DNA of 64,000 nucleotides from Akkermansia muciniphila (GCA_945860285.1 CAMAQB010000004.1:12164-76163); one strand, 5' to 3'. Counted from the first letter of the stretch, positions 40,284 through 50,681 are shown. Numbers and translations are program-made. Notes: generated by a model not told the origin, from the letters alone.

Positions 40284-41261
40284 TCATTCGGCCGATGGCA
40301 CCACGCCGTTGGCGCAGAACACGTCGCCCGAGCCATTGAGGAAGTTGACAAGGTTGTTCAGGGCCTTCAGAGCCTGACGCGGCACGCTTTCGTATGTGCG
40401 CGAGCCGACATGCGCTGTGACGATCGCCTTGGGATGGCGGAGCAGAGGGTCGTCGGTCGCCGGTGGTTCCTGCTCCATGACATCGGTGGCATAGCCGGCG
40501 AGACGACCGGAATCCAACGCTTCGAGGATCGCCGCGGCATCCGCGAGTTCCCCGCGACCGGTGTTCACGATCACCGCCCCGTCAGGCAGCAGCGCGAGGC
40601 GCTCGCGGTTGATGAGGTGCCTGCTATCCGCCGAAAGTTTGGTATGCGGGCTGATGATGTCGCACGCGGAAAAAATCGAATTGATCGACTCGTGACGGAT
40701 CACGTTGTGTTGTTCGCAAAACGAATCTGGCCAGAAATGACCATAGCCGTGCACTTCCATGCCGAAGGCTTTGGCGCGGATGATCACCTCCTGACCGATG
40801 CGGCCGAGACCGATGACACCGATTTTTTTCGCGTAAAGTTCATGGCCGGTGAGGCGCAGCCATTCGCCCCGACGCGTGGCATCGACACTGGGAATCAGGT
40901 TTTTCAACAGCGCCAGCAAAAGACAAAAGGTATGTTCCGCCACCGTGGTGTGGTTGACCCCCGGAGTGAACATCACCGGAATATTCATCTCTTTGGTGGT
41001 GGCGAGGTCGATCTTGTCGAGGCCGATGCCATACTTGGAAATCACCTTGAGCCGTGGTGCCGACTTTTCCAACACCGCGCGGGTGATCGCATCATCGCCA
41101 CAGAGAAAGGCATCGAACTCCCCGGCCAGATCCAGCATTTTCGCCTCGCTGAGCGGACCGCGGGCACGGATCACGTCGTATCCCTGGGAGATCAACAACT
41201 CATGGTGCGGACCCGGAGTGTCCTGAAAACTGCAAGTGGTGAGTAATACGCGTGTCGTCAT
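40284..41261 (-). CDS. D-isomer-specific 2-hydroxyacid dehydrogenase family protein
   Basis: KKIGVIGLGRIGQEV (NAD-binding GxGxxG), ...AVIVNTGRGELAD..., ...TAHVGSRT... The track start 41264 is TTG; the ATG is at 41261. Confidence 0.8.
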   Translation of the reverse strand: MTTRVLLTTCSFQDTPGPHHELLISQGYDVIRARGPLSEAKMLDLAGEFDAFLCGDDAITRAVLEKSAPRLKVISKYGIGLDKIDLATTKEMNIPVMFTPGVNHTTVAEHTFCLLLALLKNLIPSVDATRRGEWLRLTGHELYAKKIGVIGLGRIGQEVIIRAKAFGMEVHGYGHFWPDSFCEQHNVIRHESINSIFSACDIISPHTKLSADSRHLINRERLALLPDGAVIVNTGRGELADAAAILEALDSGRLAGYATDVMEQEPPATDDPLLRHPKAIVTAHVGSRTYESVPRQALKALNNLVNFLNGSGDVFCANGVVPSAE

Positions 41262-41734
41262 CAATCGGATGACCGACGCTATTTCCCGTCAAACAATCCG
41301 GTCAAGTGAATTTCGAAAAATCGTTGCGCGGCTTGTGCTTGTTGCGCTGTTTGGAATCAGCATGTGGAAATTCAAATGAACCTAGAAACCGCAGTTACAA
41401 CGCTAAAATAGGCTCAAATGCGATTGATTTCGTCTTCAAACCATTGATGCAGCGTTACCAACATGCAAATTAAATTTTTGCCACGCTTTCACCCATTAGG
41501 TGAAACGAAAAACGAATCGTATTTCCTCTCTAGCCCATGTTCTACAAGGCTTTAAGAGAAATTCTGCAATTCCAACTGCGAACTTTAGGATCAATCTTCC
41601 CGACTCACCGACGCGATTTGCGAACGAAAGCGTGGGGTGAAGGTAGCTTGCGTCAGTCCGTGATGCCACCGCCCCCCACCGGAATGCTCGGAGAGCCTTC
41701 ACTGCCCTTTGATGCCTTTCAGGCGGGGAAATCT

Positions 41735-44700
41735 TCACGGGGAGCGCCTGCGTCCCGCAGGCTGTTGCCGCGAGAACAACGCATACACCGCAGGCACCAC
41801 AAACAAAGTCAGGAATCCGGAAACCAAAAGGCCGCCGACGACCGCAATGCCCAGCGACTGGCGCGAGGAACCGGATCCGCCCAGGGAGAGGGCGATCGGC
41901 AGGATGCCGAAAATCGTCGCGAGACTGGTCATCAGGATCGGTCGGAAACGGCTGACCGATGCCTCGAGCACCGCATCGAGTTTCGATAATCCCGCATCGC
42001 GCCGCTGGTTGGCGAATTCGACAATCAGAATGCCGTTTTTGGTCACGATGCCGATCAGCATGATGATGCCGATTTGACTGAAGACGTTGAGTGATTGTCC
42101 CGTCCAGTGCAGCGAAACCAAAGCGCCCGCCAGAGACAGGGGCACGGTGAGAATGATGATGAAAGGATCGCGTAAACTTTCAAATTGTGCGGCCAGGACC
42201 AGATAGATGATCAACAGGGCCATCAAAAACGCGAACATCAACGAGGACGAGCTGTCTGCGAAATCGCGCGACTGTCCCGACAGGGATGTGCGGAAGTTTT
42301 CCGGCAGCACCTTCGCCGCGATGCGGTCGAGTTCATCGAGACCATCTCCCAAGGTGTAGCCCTTTGCCGGAGTGCCACTGATGGTTGCGGAAACCGAACG
42401 ATTGAAGCGAAAGATCGCCGTCGGGCTGGCAGATTCCGCAAAGGTCACCAAGTTGTCGAGGGAAACCATGTTGCCCGATGGCGTGCGCACATGGAGATTT
42501 TTCAAATCGCCCGGCTCGTTGCGATCCTGCCGTTGCATCTGTGCGATCACCTGGTATTGCTTGCCATCCTTGAGGAAATACCCGAAGCGCCTGCCAGAAT
42601 AGGCATACTCAATGGTGCGTGCGATTTCCTGCACGGAAACACCCAACTCCGCCGCACGCTGTCGATTGATCGAGATGATGCCTTCAGGCCGGTTGACTTT
42701 GAGATCGGCATCGATTTGGCGAAGCTTCGGGCTCTGGTTGGCGGCATCGAGAAACTCGGGCAGCACCTTGAGCATCGCTTCGAGACTTGGTGCCTGCAAC
42801 ACATAGGCGAGAGGTTGGCCGGCGCGACGGTCGCCGATGGTTGGTGGTTGCGTGGGAAAGGCGCGCACTCCGGTAAAATCCGCCATGTCCTTGGTGACTT
42901 GCTCGGCAATCTGCGCCTGGCTGCGTTTGCGGTCGGCCGGAGCCGTGAGATAGATGTTCTGGACCCCCGCATTGGCATCGGTGCGTCCCATGCCTCCGCC
43001 AAGAATGCTGAAGCTGCGGTAGGTTTCCGGCACGTTGTCTGCGACGTACGCATCGATTTTGTCCATCCAGCTTTCGGTGTATTCCATCGTCGACCCCTCG
43101 GGCGCGGTGACATTCACGCGAATGTTTTCCCGATCCTCCAAAGGCGCCAACTCGCGCGGCAGGATCAATGCCATTTGCCAAATCAACAAGGCGCTGCCCA
43201 GCAGGATCGGCACGGCGAGCCAACGCCAGCGCAGAAACGGTGCCAGCATGCCGCGATATCCCGCGGTGATCATGCGGAAAAACGGCTCGGTGCGGCGGTA
43301 GAGCCAGTGAGGCTGGTCACCGTGGCGCTTCAACAGAAAACGACACATCATCGGCGACAGGGTCAACGCGACAAAGGCCGAAACCAGGACGCATCCTGCG
43401 ATGGTGATGCCGAATTCGCGGAACAACCGGCCGGTCAGGCCTGAGAGGAAAACCAGCGGAGTAAAAACCACCACCAATGCCAGGGTCGTCGAAATGACCG
43501 CGAAGTAGATCTCCCGTGATCCCTGTAGCGCGGCCTCAAGCGGCGAGAGGCCCGCTTCGATTTTGGCATAGATGTTTTCCAATACCACGATGGCATCGTC
43601 GCAGACCAGGCCGATCGACAATACGATCGCCACCAGGGTCAGCACGTTGATCGAAAACCCCGCCACGTACATGATGAAAAAGCCCGCGATGATGCTGACG
43701 GGAATGGCGATCACCGGAATGATCGTTGATCGCCAGTCGCGCAGGAAACCAAAAATGATCAACGCCACCAGCGCGAAGGCGATGATCAACGTTTCCTTGA
43801 CCTCGCTCACGCTGTTGCGAACGAATCGTGTGAAATCATAACCGATTTCCACTTTGATGTCGGCGGGCAATTCTTTCTTCACCTGCTCCATGCGTCGATA
43901 GAATTCATCGGCGATGGCGATGGCATTGGTGTTCGGTTGCGGAATGATCGCGACGCCGATTTTGTAATTGCCCTTGCCCTTGAATCCCGTGCGCAGGACC
44001 TCAGGTCCGAGTTCGGCATAACCGATGTCGCGAAACAGGATCTGCCGGCCTTTCACCTGTTTGATGATCAAACCTTCGAACTCCTGCGGCGTTTTCAACC
44101 GTCCCAACGTGCGCAAAGTCAATTCGTTCTTCGCGCCTTCGATGCGACCGCTCGGCAAATCGACATTCTGTTTGGTGAGAGCGTCCTGCACATCGAGAGG
44201 TGTGATTTCATGAACGGCCATTTTGATCGGATCCATCCACAAGCGCATCGAATAGCGCTTTTCACCGAAAATGCGGATCGAGGAAACGCCGGGAATCGTC
44301 TCCATCCGCTCGCGCACCACCCGGTCGGCAAAGTTGCTCACTTCCAGAATCCCGCGCTTTTCGCTCTCCATCGAAAGGAACAGGATCGGCATCGAATCGG
44401 CATCGGCCTTTTCCACAACCGGTGGATTCGCATCGATCGGCAAATTGCGGGCGCCACGGGAAACGCGATCGCGCACATCGTTGGTGGCGGCATCAAGATC
44501 GGAATCCAGGGTGAATTCGACGGTGATCGTGCTGCGCTCCTCGCGTGACTCCGAACTGAGCGCGCGAATGCCGGAGATGCCGTTGATCACTTGTTCCAAC
44601 GGCTCGGTGATTTGGGCCGCGACGACATCGGGGTTTGCCCCGGGGTATGTGGTTTGCACCGTCACGATCGGCGGATCCACCGCAGGATATTCGCGAACGC

Positions 44701-44797
44701 CGAGGTAGTGAAATCCCACCGCCCCGAAGATCACAATGATCACCGACATCACGATCGCGAGCACGGGACGTCGTATGCATACATCCGACAAACTCAT
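41735..44797 (-). CDS. RND efflux transporter permease (AcrB/HAE1-like)
   Basis: 1020 aa. MSLSDVCIRRPVLAIVMSVIIVIFGAVGFHYLGVREYPAVDPPIVTVQTTYPGANPDVV..., 12-TM architecture with two large periplasmic loops. Confidence 0.92.
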   Translation of the reverse strand: MSLSDVCIRRPVLAIVMSVIIVIFGAVGFHYLGVREYPAVDPPIVTVQTTYPGANPDVVAAQITEPLEQVINGISGIRALSSESREERSTITVEFTLDSDLDAATNDVRDRVSRGARNLPIDANPPVVEKADADSMPILFLSMESEKRGILEVSNFADRVVRERMETIPGVSSIRIFGEKRYSMRLWMDPIKMAVHEITPLDVQDALTKQNVDLPSGRIEGAKNELTLRTLGRLKTPQEFEGLIIKQVKGRQILFRDIGYAELGPEVLRTGFKGKGNYKIGVAIIPQPNTNAIAIADEFYRRMEQVKKELPADIKVEIGYDFTRFVRNSVSEVKETLIIAFALVALIIFGFLRDWRSTIIPVIAIPVSIIAGFFIMYVAGFSINVLTLVAIVLSIGLVCDDAIVVLENIYAKIEAGLSPLEAALQGSREIYFAVISTTLALVVVFTPLVFLSGLTGRLFREFGITIAGCVLVSAFVALTLSPMMCRFLLKRHGDQPHWLYRRTEPFFRMITAGYRGMLAPFLRWRWLAVPILLGSALLIWQMALILPRELAPLEDRENIRVNVTAPEGSTMEYTESWMDKIDAYVADNVPETYRSFSILGGGMGRTDANAGVQNIYLTAPADRKRSQAQIAEQVTKDMADFTGVRAFPTQPPTIGDRRAGQPLAYVLQAPSLEAMLKVLPEFLDAANQSPKLRQIDADLKVNRPEGIISINRQRAAELGVSVQEIARTIEYAYSGRRFGYFLKDGKQYQVIAQMQRQDRNEPGDLKNLHVRTPSGNMVSLDNLVTFAESASPTAIFRFNRSVSATISGTPAKGYTLGDGLDELDRIAAKVLPENFRTSLSGQSRDFADSSSSLMFAFLMALLIIYLVLAAQFESLRDPFIIILTVPLSLAGALVSLHWTGQSLNVFSQIGIIMLIGIVTKNGILIVEFANQRRDAGLSKLDAVLEASVSRFRPILMTSLATIFGILPIALSLGGSGSSRQSLGIAVVGGLLVSGFLTLFVVPAVYALFSRQQPAGRRRSP

Positions 44798-45813
44798 GGT
44801 GCGGTGACAAGGGAAACGGGTACACCGGCACGGAGCCGGTTCAGATTCGTTGTGGCGACAACATCGCCCTCAGCGAGACCTCGCAGGATCTGCACTTGCT
44901 CGTCGGTGCGGATTCCGATGACAACTTCCCTGAATTGCGCCTTGCCATCGGCGACCACATAAACACCGTGGCCGCGCGGAGAGGGCACAATCGCCTGCGT
45001 GGGCACGAGCAGGTTCGAGGCATTGGTCGTGAGGGGAATGCTCACATCCGCAAACCCGCCCGGAACCAAACCCTCGGGTTCGCTACAAACTCCGCGGATC
45101 AACAAACTGCGCGTCTGCATATCAATGGCGGGTTCGATCACGGTAATGACACCTTCATGCACCTTGCCCAGTCCTGCGACGGTGAAAGTGAATCTTTGTT
45201 TCTCGCGAATCATCCCCGCGTAACGTTCGGGCAGTGGAAAATCGATTTTCATTGCCGACAGGTCATGCAGATCGATCAGGGGCAGGCTGGTTGAGAGCAT
45301 CGAGCCTTCGCTGGCCTTGCGGACTCCCAAACGTCCGGCAAAGGGCGCGACGATTCGGGCTTTGGCAATCTGCACAAGCTTGGTGTTTTTCTGTGCCTCC
45401 AACACGCGCCACTCGGCAGCGGCGACATCCGCCTCCTGTTGACTGATCGCCTTGCTCGGCAGCAGTCCTTCGGCGCGTTGTTTGTTGGTGAGCGCGAGAA
45501 CCAGGCGCGATTCGATTTCCCGCAACTCGGTTTGCAGTTCCGCATCGTCGAGCTGAAACAACAAATCGCCCGCTTTGACCGCCAATCCTTCCTCGCATAG
45601 AACTTTCGCAAGCCGGCGCGGCGACTCGGCCATGAGCGTCACCGACTCGTTCGCCCGCAATGAACCAACGGTCTCGATGTTTTCCTCAAATGCCGAGGCC
45701 TTGACGGTGTGGAATTCCGCCCTGACCGGAGAAGCGGGTGCCTGACCGCGCAAGGGCAATGCGCCAGCAAGACAGGCGATGGTGAACAGAAAAAAATGAA
45801 GCGTTGTCCTCAT
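44794..45813 (-). CDS. RND efflux periplasmic adaptor (membrane fusion protein)
   Basis: Signal peptide from ATG 45813 (MRTTLHFFLFTIACLAGALPL), coiled-coil hairpin region, ...IVAPFAGRLGVRKASEGSML..., and ATGA-type overlap with the permease gene. Confidence 0.85.
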   Translation of the reverse strand: MRTTLHFFLFTIACLAGALPLRGQAPASPVRAEFHTVKASAFEENIETVGSLRANESVTLMAESPRRLAKVLCEEGLAVKAGDLLFQLDDAELQTELREIESRLVLALTNKQRAEGLLPSKAISQQEADVAAAEWRVLEAQKNTKLVQIAKARIVAPFAGRLGVRKASEGSMLSTSLPLIDLHDLSAMKIDFPLPERYAGMIREKQRFTFTVAGLGKVHEGVITVIEPAIDMQTRSLLIRGVCSEPEGLVPGGFADVSIPLTTNASNLLVPTQAIVPSPRGHGVYVVADGKAQFREVVIGIRTDEQVQILRGLAEGDVVATTNLNRLRAGVPVSLVTAP

Positions 45814-46147
45814 GCGGATGACAGTATCGGATTCCATACGTTGCCAACAGCAGTAAACCGTCAACAAAATTCCATCAATTGCCAGCGCTGCGAGATCCAA
45901 ACAAAGCAATGAAACGTCGTGCTGTCGCAAGCACCCACAACAAATCCCGCGGGGGAACTGCATCCATCAGGAGAAAATTCTTGTCAGGCGTGAGCTGCCA
46001 TCGACGGAATGACAACAGACATCGAAGCATTTTCTATTTTCGTTAGATTACATTCGAATTGTCCGAAATGAGTGCTCGGGATGCAACGCAGTTTTTGCTC
46101 GCCAAGTCGTCCATCACCTGAGATCATGGCCGCCCTGCGGAAGACAT

Positions 46148-48031
46148 ATGGGACACAACGGAAACAATGACGTGAAGCCTGCGCAATGGAAACTCGCGTT
46201 CGGAGCACTGGGCATCGTGTTTGGCGACATCGGCACCAGTCCTCTTTATGCCTTTCGCGAATGTTTCGCGGACCACGTCGCGCCCGAGGCGCAAAACCTC
46301 TCCGGCGCGGCATCTTTGATCATTTGGTCGCTGATCGTGATCGTCAGCATGAAGTATGTGGGATTGGTTCTGAAGCTCGACAACAAGGGCGAGGGCGGGA
46401 TTCTCGCGCTGTCCGCATTGGTGCGGGGCAGCCGGGCGGTGCAGGGTCTGGTGGACAGGCCGTGGGTGTTCGCCTTGGGACTGCTGGGAGCGGCGCTCAT
46501 TTACGCGGACGGAATGATCACGCCCGCCATCTCCGTGTTGTCGGCTGTGGAGGGCCTGACTGTCAAAGCACCGCATCTCGAGCAATACGTGGTGCCGATA
46601 TCGCTCGGCATCATTGTCGGACTGTTTGCCATCCAACGTCATGGCACGGGAAAAGTGGGTGTGCTGTTCGGCCCGATCATTCTGCTGTGGTTTGTCACTC
46701 TCGGTGCCTTGGGCATCAAGTGGATATTCCAGTGCCCGACGATTCTCTATTCGCTCAATCCGCTCAACGGGCTGATGTTTCTCGTTCATGAATCAATCCA
46801 CGCCATGCCGATTCTCGCCGCGGTGTTTCTGGCGGTGACCGGTGGTGAGGCACTCTATGCAGATCTCGGGCACTTTTCCGCATCCGCCATCCGCAAGGCG
46901 TGGTACTGGGTTGTTTTCCCCGGACTCGCGCTCAACTATCTCGGCCAGGCGGCGTTGATGCAAGTTCATCCGGAAAGCGCGCATTCCTTTTACAATCTCG
47001 TCGGCGATCTCGGCATCCTTCCGCTGACCATCCTGGCCACGGCTGCCGCGATCATTGCCAGCCAGGCATTGATATCCGGCGCCTTTTCGCTGACCTCCCA
47101 GGCGATCCAGCTGGGCTGTCTGCCGCGACTGCGCATGCTTTACACATCGGCCACCGAAAAAGGACAGGTCTATCTTCCGCCCGTCAACTGGCTGCTGATG
47201 CTCGCCTGTCTTTTCCTGATCTACAACTATCAAAAATCCTCGAACCTCGCGGCGGCGTATGGCATCGCCATTTCGCTCACCATGGCTGTCACGTCGCTGC
47301 TGTTCTACCAGGCATCGCGCAGCGTTTGGAACTGGCCTGCGTGGAAGAGCAATCTGGTCACCGGGGTTTTCGTGATCATCGACATCGCATTCCTGATCGC
47401 CAATGGAGCGAAGGTCCTGCTCGGGGGCTGGATGCCGCTGGCCGTGGCCTTTGTGATCGTGTTCATCATGACCACCTGGCGCTGGGGTCGGGAACGACTC
47501 GCCAAACGAATGGAGAAAGCCTCGATTCCCGCCGCCATGCTGATTGAGGATCTCGGACGCAAGGATATCCATCGCGTGTCGGGCACGGCCTACTACATGT
47601 GCGGCAAAACCGGCGGCATCCCCCTGGCGTTGCTGCACAACCTGAAGCACAACCAGGTTCTGCATGAACACGTCATGCTGCTGCATGTGGAAACACTCGA
47701 TTCCGCGCACGCGGCCGAGGGCGAGAAATTCGACATGACCCCCCTGGGCTTGGGATTCTACCTGCTGCACTTGCGCTTCGGATTTTCCGAGACGCCAAAT
47801 GTTCCGGCCGCGCTCAAGCAGCATTTGGCCAACGGGATCAGATACGAAGGGTCGAAGTCCACCTTCTTTCTCGGGCGTGAAACCTATGCTGTGGGCAAGA
47901 GCCTGAATGCGTGGGAAAGGGTTCGACTGGCGATCTTCGCCTGGATGACCCGCAATGCCACACCGGCGACCGCCTATTTCTCGCTGCCGCCCTCGCGCGT
48001 GGTGGAGCTGGGTGCGCAAATTTCCCTCTGA
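46148..48031 (+). CDS. kup: KUP-family potassium transporter
   Basis: LAFGALGIVFGDIGTSPLYAFRECF..., GEGGILAL, GGEALYADLGHF are classic Kup motifs. 627 aa. Confidence 0.92.
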   Translation: MGHNGNNDVKPAQWKLAFGALGIVFGDIGTSPLYAFRECFADHVAPEAQNLSGAASLIIWSLIVIVSMKYVGLVLKLDNKGEGGILALSALVRGSRAVQGLVDRPWVFALGLLGAALIYADGMITPAISVLSAVEGLTVKAPHLEQYVVPISLGIIVGLFAIQRHGTGKVGVLFGPIILLWFVTLGALGIKWIFQCPTILYSLNPLNGLMFLVHESIHAMPILAAVFLAVTGGEALYADLGHFSASAIRKAWYWVVFPGLALNYLGQAALMQVHPESAHSFYNLVGDLGILPLTILATAAAIIASQALISGAFSLTSQAIQLGCLPRLRMLYTSATEKGQVYLPPVNWLLMLACLFLIYNYQKSSNLAAAYGIAISLTMAVTSLLFYQASRSVWNWPAWKSNLVTGVFVIIDIAFLIANGAKVLLGGWMPLAVAFVIVFIMTTWRWGRERLAKRMEKASIPAAMLIEDLGRKDIHRVSGTAYYMCGKTGGIPLALLHNLKHNQVLHEHVMLLHVETLDSAHAAEGEKFDMTPLGLGFYLLHLRFGFSETPNVPAALKQHLANGIRYEGSKSTFFLGRETYAVGKSLNAWERVRLAIFAWMTRNATPATAYFSLPPSRVVELGAQISL

Positions 48032-48078
48032 ATGGCCTCGTCCTTGCCCCGCAGGCCCGCCGGGCAAGTGGCAATGGC

Positions 48079-48115
48079 AAAAAAAAGCAGACCTCCCTTG
48101 TCTAGGAAGGCCTGC
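48079..48115 (-). terminator. Rho-independent terminator (minus strand)
   Basis: The minus strand reads GCAGGCCTTCC-tagacaa-GGGAGGTCTGC (11-bp stem including two G-U pairs) followed by T8. Lies 20 nt downstream of the small ORF ending at 48135. Confidence 0.65.
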
Positions 48116-48134
48116 ATGGAAAAGATGCGAAGGG

Positions 48135-48293
48135 TTATTTCGCGTTATCCACTTCCGGTGCCGGAGCGAACTCCTTGAAGGGAGGAAGGGGTTTCAGCTT
48201 GGGCGCTTCCGTGTCGCTGGTGCAGCAGATGCAGCACGAATTGGAAAACAGGACCGCGGCGGCCAGCGCGAGAAGTGACAGGATTCGAGTCAT
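48135..48293 (-). CDS. Small Cys-rich lipoprotein-like ORF (52 aa), below ORF-track cutoff
   Basis: Own translation: MTRILSLLALAAAVLFSNSCCICCTSDTEAPKLKPLPPFKEFAPAPEVDNAK. Signal peptide plus an NSCC motif. Paralogous N-terminus to the next ORF, same strand as glgB, followed by a terminator. Confidence 0.45.
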   Translation of the reverse strand: MTRILSLLALAAAVLFSNSCCICCTSDTEAPKLKPLPPFKEFAPAPEVDNAK

Positions 48294-48329
48294 TGTGGTA
48301 GTAATAGTTTTTTGTTGATAAGGAGAACT

Positions 48330-48449
48330 TCAGCGCACCGGCGCTTGATAGGTCGGCGCGGGAGGTGCCGCTACGGACTTGCTGGCGCAGCAGGAATTGA
48401 CCAGAAACACAAAAGGCAGAAATGCGAGGAAAAGATGGATTCGTTTCAT
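48330..48449 (-). CDS. Small Cys-rich lipoprotein-like ORF (39 aa), below ORF-track cutoff
   Basis: Own translation: MKRIHLFLAFLPFVFLVNSCCASKSVAAPPAPTYQAPVR. Signal peptide plus the same NSCC motif as the neighbouring small ORF. Confidence 0.4.
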   Translation of the reverse strand: MKRIHLFLAFLPFVFLVNSCCASKSVAAPPAPTYQAPVR

Positions 48450-48583
48450 TTTGATCAGATTCTGTGCTGTGAGCCACCGCAGCAAAGCGAGTGCTCGGAA
48501 AAATTAGCGGAATGACCATGCAGTGCAAGGCAAAAAGCAGCGCGCTTCACAAGAAAATGAGATTTTCCCAACATGTCCGACGA

Positions 48584-50572
48584 TTAAAAGACTTTTTTCA
48601 ACACCAACCCGGTTCTGCTCGGCAGATAAACAATCAGTTTTCCGTGGTTTGCGTGTTCGGAACGCACGGTGTAGCGCTGGTTCAGAGCCACCCGGCCGTG
48701 ACCTCCGTATTCATGGGAATCCGTGTCGAGAATCATCTGCCAGACTCCGCTTTCGACCCAAGCCGTCCATTCGGTCAGGGATTGCTGGCCGTGGAAGTTC
48801 ATTACAAAAAGCAGATCGCCGCGCCGCCACGCCAGGGTCTTGTTGTGGTTGTCCTCACTCAGATGCACGGGCGGACAATCAAACCATCGTGAATCGCGCA
48901 TCAACGCCAACATCGCGCCGTCGAAGTCGCCCAATCCCTTGTAGCGCAGATCTTCCCGATCCCGGAGACTCCACAAGCGCCGTGCGTGATCGTAGGACCA
49001 ATCATTGCCCGACCGCGGAAAATCAATCCATTCGGGATGGCCGAATTCATTGCCCATGAAATTCAGATAGCCATGGCCGGCGGCTCCAAGGGTGGCAAGC
49101 CGCGCCATTTTGTGAATCGCCACCGCCCGATCCGCGCGCAGGTCCTGTGAACCGGCGTGCATCGAATGATAGATGGCATCCCCCGCCAGCGCGAACAACA
49201 GCGACTTCCCGCCAACCATCGCCTGATCGTGACTTTCCACATACGCAATGATGCGCTCGTCCGCCCGGCGGTTGGTCAGTTCACTCCAAATCCAACCCAT
49301 GTTCCAGTCTTCGTCGCGAATGTCCTCGGCGAGTTTGAACCACATGTCGGGCACACCCATCGCCAGGCGGTAGTGAAATCCACATCCACCTTGCTCGCGG
49401 GGCGCGCACAAACCGGGCATGCCGCTGACATCCTCGGCAATCGCGATGGCCGATGGCTTGAATTCGTCGATCAGCAAGGTCGCCAAAGTGAGGTAATCCA
49501 CGGCGTCGTCATCGGTGCGACCGTGGAAATAATCGTCGTAGCTGCCAAAACCTGCTCCAAAACCGTGGTCGTGATAGAGCATCGAAGTGACACCGTCAAA
49601 TCGGAAGCCGTCGAATTGAAACTCCTCCAGCCAGTAGCGGATGTTCGACAACAAAAAAGACCTGACCTGGGCTTTGGCGTAATCGAAGCAGCGCGAATCC
49701 CAGGCGTTGTGGAATCCCCGGGCGCCATCGTGAAAAAACTGATAGATGCTGCCATCGTAAAAGGAAATCCCCTCGACCTCGTTGCGCACGGCATGGGAAT
49801 GAACAAGGTCCATGATCACCCGCAGGCCCATGCCGTGGGCGGCATCGACCAATGCCTTGAGTTCACCAGCCGTGCCGAATCGCGATGACGGCGCGAAAAA
49901 TGAGCCCACATGATAGCCGAACGATCCATAGTAGGGATGCTCTTGTACCGCCATGAGCTGTACCGTGTTGTATCCCGCGCCGACAATGCGCGGCAGCATG
50001 TGCTCACGGAATTCATCCCAATTGGAAATGCGTCCGAGTTCCGACGACATCCCGACGTGTGCTTCATAAATCATCGGCGGTGCCTTCGCCACCGGGGCTT
50101 GGTGTTGCCAGACAAACTCGGGTTCCTCCCAAACCTGCGCGGAAAACAGCCCGGACTGTGAATCCTGGACGATGCGCCGACCCCAGGCTGGCAGTCGGTC
50201 GCCCTGACCGCCATGCCAATGCATCCGCACGCGGTAATGATCGCCTTGTTTCAACCAACCGGCGGGCAAGACCAGTTCCCAGCAACCGTAGCCCGTGGAA
50301 CTGGCAAAATATTCCGCCCGTTCCTCCCATGAGGAAAAATCCCCCACCAGAGCAAGGGCGGTGGCGTTCGGAGCCCAGTCCCGATAAACCCAGGAGCCAT
50401 CGGCGTTGCGATGAAGCCCGAAATACTTGTGCCCCTGCGAATAATTGGACAACGAGGTGCCCAGAGTCGCACGGATGTTTTCAACGCGATGCCTGCGTTG
50501 TTCGAAAACATGGTGCCATGGCGCGAGCCAGGAATCGTCAGCGAAATTTTTCAAAGGAGCACCAGCAAGCAT
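48584..50572 (-). CDS. glgB: 1,4-alpha-glucan branching enzyme (GH13, eukaryote-like subfamily)
   Basis: YRDWAPNA..., YEAHVGMSS, RVIMDLVHSH, FDGFRFDGVTSM, IAEDVSG, YVESHDQ are the GH13 catalytic regions. Start moved to ATG 50572 (MLAGAPLKNF...), which removes the overlap with divergent cls. Confidence 0.88.
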   Translation of the reverse strand: MLAGAPLKNFADDSWLAPWHHVFEQRRHRVENIRATLGTSLSNYSQGHKYFGLHRNADGSWVYRDWAPNATALALVGDFSSWEERAEYFASSTGYGCWELVLPAGWLKQGDHYRVRMHWHGGQGDRLPAWGRRIVQDSQSGLFSAQVWEEPEFVWQHQAPVAKAPPMIYEAHVGMSSELGRISNWDEFREHMLPRIVGAGYNTVQLMAVQEHPYYGSFGYHVGSFFAPSSRFGTAGELKALVDAAHGMGLRVIMDLVHSHAVRNEVEGISFYDGSIYQFFHDGARGFHNAWDSRCFDYAKAQVRSFLLSNIRYWLEEFQFDGFRFDGVTSMLYHDHGFGAGFGSYDDYFHGRTDDDAVDYLTLATLLIDEFKPSAIAIAEDVSGMPGLCAPREQGGCGFHYRLAMGVPDMWFKLAEDIRDEDWNMGWIWSELTNRRADERIIAYVESHDQAMVGGKSLLFALAGDAIYHSMHAGSQDLRADRAVAIHKMARLATLGAAGHGYLNFMGNEFGHPEWIDFPRSGNDWSYDHARRLWSLRDREDLRYKGLGDFDGAMLALMRDSRWFDCPPVHLSEDNHNKTLAWRRGDLLFVMNFHGQQSLTEWTAWVESGVWQMILDTDSHEYGGHGRVALNQRYTVRSEHANHGKLIVYLPSRTGLVLKKVF

Positions 50573-50681
50573 GGCAGGCGCAACATAACAGCCGTGATCC
50601 CCTTGAACAGTGCAAACTCGCACCACGCGCGTTCGATCTTTTGCTGGCACATTCCCAAGCGGGTGATACCGTGGCAGCATC

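Noticed and set aside
41496-41738. 80-aa minus-strand ORF in the long gap after the RND permease
   Set aside because: It overlaps the RND stop codon and has no motifs or hydrophobic segments. It was kept only as part of the unexplained-gap observation.
41735-45813. Expected outer-membrane factor (TolC-like) gene adjacent to the RND pair
   Set aside because: None is present on either side, so only the two-gene pair is annotated.
40239-48067. Shadow ORFs 40239-41246 (+), 42185-43444 (+), 46793-48067 (-) and 50538-51638 (-)
   Set aside because: Each is antisense to a confidently identified gene (2-hydroxyacid dehydrogenase, RND permease, kup, cls).
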